The notes beneath the pieces were generated by a model. That model saw only the letters and a program-made list of their open reading frames with translations. It was not told the DNA's origin and searched no databases. A DNA stretch of 63,993 bases, filler included, from Asterionella formosa (taxonomy: Eukaryota), in assembly GCA_002256025.1 (NCBI GenBank). It is 6 parts of 6 records of this genome, joined end to end, with 100 filler letters (N's around TTAATTAATTAA, not from the genome) between each part and the next. Parts side by side here need not be neighbours in the genome. Positions count along the whole stretch, not along the records: positions 53,525 to 63,993 come from NKIB01009479.1; 5 more parts are not named here. One strand, written 5' to 3'. Below are positions 58,331-63,993 of the stretch, piece after piece; within the stretch, counting starts at the first letter, position 1, and every line of letters begins with the position of its first letter. A program made the position numbers and the translations under genes.

Positions 58331-60699
58331 GTTCCTTGGTCCTGTCCCATTCTCCGACTTTCTTGCTATATGTGTCGATCCGAAGCGATCAGACTACTTC
58401 TCGAAGCTAATCCCGTTCCCTGATAATAACCTGGACTCGACCTCAAAACCCCGCAATCAAATCCTTGTGTCCTGCTAAATCAAAGAAAACAAATGGTTCA
58501 GATGCCAATGCCGGTACTTGGCGCGCTTCAAAGTCAAAAATATATATATTACATCATGTGTGTTTTAACATATATTACTGTACTCATAACCCCAAAATTT
58601 GTGTTTGTGTTGACCAAATTTGGAAAAACACAAACACTAATTTTTTTACAGTTAGAAATAACAGTGCATTGTGGAAAATTATGTTTATTCATGATGACTC
58701 CATATAATTTGCCAGAATATTTTCACTTTGGGGAACTCGGATACAATTGTTTTGTCATTACAACTCTCTATCACACAAGGCACAGATTTCTTTTATTTTA
58801 TGTCAGATAAGTAATTTAAAATAATAAGAATATCACAGCGCAACGACGATATTATACATCAAATCACGAAGTAATTTTTGTGATATTAATTTTGTCACAA
58901 ATTAATTTGGTATTTCGAAGCGCGCCCACTAACTGTTGGAAAATGGCAACCTCATGGCCGTGGGACTGAAAATCCGGGTGCCGACGTTGACACATTGGTA
59001 ACTAGGAGAGAAGATTCAACAGCAACCTGGTCTGAGGTGATGCATGGAGGCAAAAACTATCAAGCAGAAGTAGATGAAAATGTTTTGAGATCATTATCTT
59101 GAAACAATCCAGTTAGTAAGAACGAAGTTTAATTTGACTTCCTTTTTGCTACCAACATTATCAACTACACCTGTTCAGTGGCTGGGGTACCAGGTTCAGA
59201 GCCTATGGTACGTTGGGGAGAGTATTTTGGGGGGCAACGAACAGAAAAAGGAGCAGCTTTGTCTTCTTTTCATGCACCGGCACAATGTACACATACTGGT
59301 ACTACCTGGTACCTGGGTGGTACAGGAGAAGCACATTCGACTGTGGAAGGTCCGGTAATCGGGATATTTAGCTTTTTTTCTTTTCATATGTGAAAAAGGG
59401 TTTTGCCAGACCTTCCTTGGGGTAAATAAATGAGTTTGACATTATTAATAAAGGTGACCTACAATAATATGATTATATTCTATTGCTGTAATTGTGGCAT
59501 GATTGTTGGTGTACAAACATATACCTAATCTGGTGGCTACACTGGTACCGGCCCCAGGCCATGCTGTGCTTGTGTGATGGTGCGCCATATTCCGATATTG
59601 ACACGCGCTCACAACCAGCCAGATTCAAGGAAAAAAATTTACAGCAGCACATCTGCAACGCCGATTATTGGTACAGCGAACAGAAAAAACGCAAGTCAAA
59701 TATGATCACCCAAATTAATTATTTGGGAGGCCGAATGTTATGAATTTGGCTACATACATAATTTAAGGGGATGACATCATTCCATATAAAATGTGATGCA
59801 TCCACATAATATATATGAAAAATTGAACTAAAATAGTTTCGAAACTTACATAATTATTTTGGAGACCCACATAATTTTTTGGGCCAACTAACAACATTTT
59901 TGCATGTCTGATCACATAATTTCTGGATCAACGACCACAATTTTTGTTCACAGCAATCAATTATAATTTCTGTGAATGAGCAAACTAAAGTGGAACATTT
60001 TTTTTGTTTCTAACAGAACTATATTTACACTACATGAGTAGCTAGGGCTTCTACTAATAGTGGTAGTTGCATAAATCACTGAACAGCAGCCCATGCTGAT
60101 AGAAATCACTGCTACTTTGCTTGCTTGCATGGGAGACCTTCCAATTTTCTGGTACAAATCACCAAAAACCTTCTATCAAAAGGAGACAGTATTAGCTGCT
60201 GTATTACTAGCATCTGGCTGATTGTAGTTGGCTGATTGAAGATTGGCTGAGAAGCAAAGATTCCTGAAAATAGGGGTGAGATAAAAGCAATATGTTAGTG
60301 TGACTTAATTGATAAACGATGGCAACACGCAAAACTATATTGGTCATTCTTACCTCGTTTTATATCTCAGCTTTCACGAAAAATTTAATTTTCTCGATAA
60401 CAAGGTAGATTACTTGTGTTAGTTTTGGCAAGAGTAAGCAAAAGGCAAGACAACAAATAAGATAACAAGAAAACATACAACAAGAAAAAGCTTCATAATC
60501 GGTTGGATCCAGTACAAAAGCTCCTCGGTTTCTGCTGCAAAGTGGAGCAAAAATCAAGGAGCCAATATCCATCATATCCTTGACAGTTGGCGGGTTCATA
60601 ACATTGCGGTCAATGACACAGCGCCACTTGGGCTTCGTTGTTGCCTCCATCACTGCTTCTTGATCGAATCTTGTTGCTTTTGTCATGTTAGTTTATAAC

Positions 60700-61340
60700 A
60701 ACCTAATTTTAAGAACGACCTCCTTTCATAATTAAATCTTGAAAATTCTTTCATGATAGGCTTTGATTTATTTGATTTAACAAGAAGGAAGGGATTTGAG
60801 AAGAAGCAGCTCCATGACCATGATGGCCACGACTTCTACTTCTTAGTAGTAGCCTCTTCAATGGAACACATTTCTTTTCCCATTCAGATGAATTACCACA
60901 TGTAGGAAGCTTAGAAACCGCTGATACTGTCTTTCACATAATGTTAATAAATCTTTGCCTACTTTTTCCCATCGTTTGATACTCATGTCGAAATACCATC
61001 ACCTTCTTGCCTGTAGCAATTGTGACCTCATATGGCTCCAAAGATTGATTTGGAAAAACCTTATTGAGATACCTTATTAATTTATTAGTATTACATTGTA
61101 TTTTATCGCCGATAGAGTAATTTTCGTGAAGATATTCCCTGAATTGATCAACCAGCAACAAAACACCATGAATTCAGAGTTGCTGATGACAGCCATAACA
61201 GATATTGTTGATTACCTTTTGAATATCATTTGTCAAGTGATTCCCCAAAAGCATTTCACTCATGACCATATGAATGATTCTAAATGCATTTGGGGAATCA
61301 ATTTTGCACAAGAAATGGCGGCAATATTGAGGTATCCAAG
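60700..61340 (-). pseudogene. Decayed transposase-like remnant (possibly Plavaka/CMC-type N-terminus)
   Basis: Fragment KLIRYLNKVFPNQSLEPYEVTIATGKKVMVFRHEYQTM; AT-rich surroundings with CATAAT repeats; family assignment from memory only. Confidence 0.3.
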
Positions 61341-62179
61341 GTAGCCCTTGTAGACGATAGTACATAATTATTTAGCTTAGATTTTGTGATTTGTTTCTAC
61401 CGGTTTATATAAAACGCTACAGTGTAGTACTTATGAGCGGCTGAAGAATCCTGCATCATGCTGTCTCCACATTGACCATGATGAAAATGGCAAATTCTCC
61501 ACAAAAAACGAGAATGATGCTTTGCTATTGGGTACATTATATCTGACATGACATAGCTAGATAATACAATCGCAAAAAAATAGCTACACTAATATTCACA
61601 ACGAAAATTGATGGCGCATTTCTTCATGTAGTTTAGACAATGAGCAACTCAAAAGAACAAAGTTATGACAAGATTTAACACTTTCACAGTATACACCACT
61701 CTACATTATGGCAATCTGGCTGTAGTTCAAACCAAATTTTGTTTGATCCTCTATTTAACCATATCAACTAACAGTCCATTGATATTTTTTAAATGATTCT
61801 TTTGTTTATGATGACTGATCCAGTTGGTGATTACATATGACTAAAAATCTGCTGACAACAACTAGATGTAACAGATTGGTGAATTCCATTAGTAAACTGT
61901 CTTCCAGTTGCTGAATTACCAATACCAGTAGGAGTTGCTGGTGAAAACAATTTCAATGATCAGAGCATGACTAGGATTTAATGATTGATAATTTAACATT
62001 ATAGAAATTTACTTAAAGCATTTGGAGTGGAAAGCCAGCCTATTTGTCCAGTAGGCATGGGACAAGTTATTGGGAGTGAGTTGAAATTGAATAAGTACCT
62101 TTTATTCAAAGCTTCAGGCTTTGCTTATAAGCCTTGATGATAGCAATCAATGGCATAACACAATTTATTATAGATCTAA

Positions 62180-63993
62180 CTATATCCCCCCTTCTACATT
62201 TGCTCCGTAAAGCTTATTTTGTGTTTGACGCCGTCTATCATCCATGAGTTGTTGCTGCTGTCGCCTTCTCCTGTTCTTTTCTCGGATTCGATCGCAAAAT
62301 GGTAGAGGGCACGTGGCACGAATGGTGCAAAGTCGAGCATGCATAGATAAAAGAGTTAGGGTACGTGTGCAAATCTTGCAGGATTTCTTTGGTGTAACAT
62401 CGCATTCCCTTAAGTGCTCAAATAACTTCTTCATTCTCTGACAGTTGTTCAACAAGCAAGCGGGAGGCCCCAAACAACTACCGGCATGTGCAAGGAGCTC
62501 GAGGTGAACCTTGATGGTTCGCGCCCTCTCTTCTCGATTCTTTTGTTCGTTGTTGGAGAGCTCTGCATCTATTGGCGAGAACGTATGAACAGAGTCATGA
62601 AAAAACCGAGTATGTTGCTGAGCAAACCTCCCTGTTATGACTGGTTCATAGCAATCTTCGCAGAGGTTGAAATTTGAGCACTCATTGCAATGATAACGAA
62701 TACCATGGGTTATCTCACGGGAACATGCCGCACAATTTTCGAGAAACTTTGGAGCATTGGGGTTGTGGAGCTGGAAAAGTACCATCATGGTTGTATGTTT
62801 CGCTCGTCGTAACTCATCAAACTGAAAGTGATTTGTTTGGCAATAGTTCAAGAACTGTTGCCTGGACTCAAACATCTCGAATTCTTGTGGCTCATCTTCG
62901 TCTATCGTCGAGCCAATAGGTTTGCTAGCAGCCTGCAAATCAGCAAAGTGCTTCGCAATGGCCGCTCCCATCTCCTCGAAGCCCCTCTTTACTCCTACGC
63001 CACCATTATGACCTTCCTTCTTGAAATCGGCGTCCACATTTTTTACTGACGACTGCGTCAGTGAGACATGCTCTACAAATTCACTTGTCTGGAACTGATC
63101 TGGTACAAAAGCTAACTCATCTTGATTTTCAATTGTCTGGCCAACACTTTCATCATTCCTATTATTGTCACCAATTACTCCTTTGAACAGTTTTGGTTCA
63201 CTTTCAGCATCGCTAATATCGTCATCATGTTCTTCCATCACTATTTCGCCACTGGCTTTTGGATCAAGTGATATATCCCTTTTATTTTCACGCCCTTTGA
63301 TCATGATAATTTCGTCAGTAGGTTCAGCACCAACATTTTCTTCACCATCTTCACCCATTAAAACACCGGGATTTGATTCAGTATCAGCAATGGCACTAAA
63401 AACTGGGCTTTCACCGAATGCATTTACGGAATTGTCGTCTCGGTGATCTAGGGGAACCGCTTCAGCGCCCAACGAACGTGAATTATAGTCTTTGGAATCA
63501 TCGACTCCGGAAGTAACGATCCCTTCACCACCACTCGAAGATTTTGGTATAGAAGTCGATACTACTTCGAGGATCAAACTTGGTTGTTTGCCTACATTCG
63601 CTGAAGAATGTGTTCCGATACCAGTTCCCGCAATGTCGTTATTTGTGAATGATGCAGCTTTATCCAATTTGGGCGCTTCGTCTGTCTCTTTTGGGGGTTT
63701 TTCAAAAAAGGAAACATTTACTCGCTTAGTGTCACCGACGGTTTCTTCTTTCACGATTGAATGCTGAAGCGGATGATCTAAGACACTTGAATCCTTCCCG
63801 CGAATTTTGGGGCGTTTGCTGATTAGTTGATCATCGTTGTCTTCCCTCCAATTTGAGACATCGCCACCTGCTTCGACTGCAGAGGCGAAATCTCTACTTC
63901 GTAGCTCGGCAATGAGGAAGTTCTGCTTCATGTTGCCGATGGCCAAACCAAGTCTCAACATAACTTTGTCTTGACCCAAAGGTACCATATTTC
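62180..63993 (-). CDS. CBP/p300-like histone acetyltransferase, 3' part (end of HAT with long acidic insert, ZZ, TAZ2)
   Basis: ESRQQFLNYCQTNHFQFDELRRAKHTTMMVLFQLHNP; ZZ CAAC...YHCNEC.NFNLCEDCY; TAZ HAGSC...NCQRMK.LFEH...CKIC...HARLC...CPLPFC; open at window edge. Confidence 0.88.
   Translation of the reverse strand, partial: NMVPLGQDKVMLRLGLAIGNMKQNFLIAELRSRDFASAVEAGGDVSNWREDNDDQLISKRPKIRGKDSSVLDHPLQHSIVKEETVGDTKRVNVSFFEKPPKETDEAPKLDKAASFTNNDIAGTGIGTHSSANVGKQPSLILEVVSTSIPKSSSGGEGIVTSGVDDSKDYNSRSLGAEAVPLDHRDDNSVNAFGESPVFSAIADTESNPGVLMGEDGEENVGAEPTDEIIMIKGRENKRDISLDPKASGEIVMEEHDDDISDAESEPKLFKGVIGDNNRNDESVGQTIENQDELAFVPDQFQTSEFVEHVSLTQSSVKNVDADFKKEGHNGGVGVKRGFEEMGAAIAKHFADLQAASKPIGSTIDEDEPQEFEMFESRQQFLNYCQTNHFQFDELRRAKHTTMMVLFQLHNPNAPKFLENCAACSREITHGIRYHCNECSNFNLCEDCYEPVITGRFAQQHTRFFHDSVHTFSPIDAELSNNEQKNREERARTIKVHLELLAHAGSCLGPPACLLNNCQRMKKLFEHLRECDVTPKKSCKICTRTLTLLSMHARLCTIRATCPLPFCDRIREKNRRRRQQQQLMDDRRRQTQNKLYGANVEGGI

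Overview
Eukaryotic nuclear DNA, most likely a diatom. The evidence is short GT-AG introns, signal peptides followed by Phe on PDS/mTERF/oligopeptidase, and diatom-type Copia, LINE and LRR families. The window is not one locus. It holds six unrelated ~10.6 kb contigs joined by artificial 100-bp N44-TTAATTAATTAA-N44 linkers (10627, 21345, 32045, 42740, 53425). Genes: Rab18, an ARM-repeat protein with a 1911-bp internal duplication, pICln, an mTERF-like protein, oligopeptidase A, a 5'-truncated NCS2 permease, a pRiA4b-ORF3/MYND fusion, phytoene desaturase, an atypical PI-PLC, two convergent LRR membrane proteins, DUF268, partial TVP38/TMEM64, a membrane-anchored kinase and the 3' part of a CBP/p300-like HAT. 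The most interesting signals are in the mobilome. (i) Pervasive TA-CC(N)GG-TA palindromes; three empty-versus-filled alignments inside the window show related motifs are insertions that duplicate a TA, consistent with DNA-transposon excision footprints. (ii) Two diverged Copia elements carry an identical 12-bp palindrome (CGCTTTAAAGCG) where a tRNA primer-binding site should be. (iii) A tRNA-Gln-like-headed SINE has a 12-bp TSD and a highly structured tail. All calls are by eye; no searches were run.
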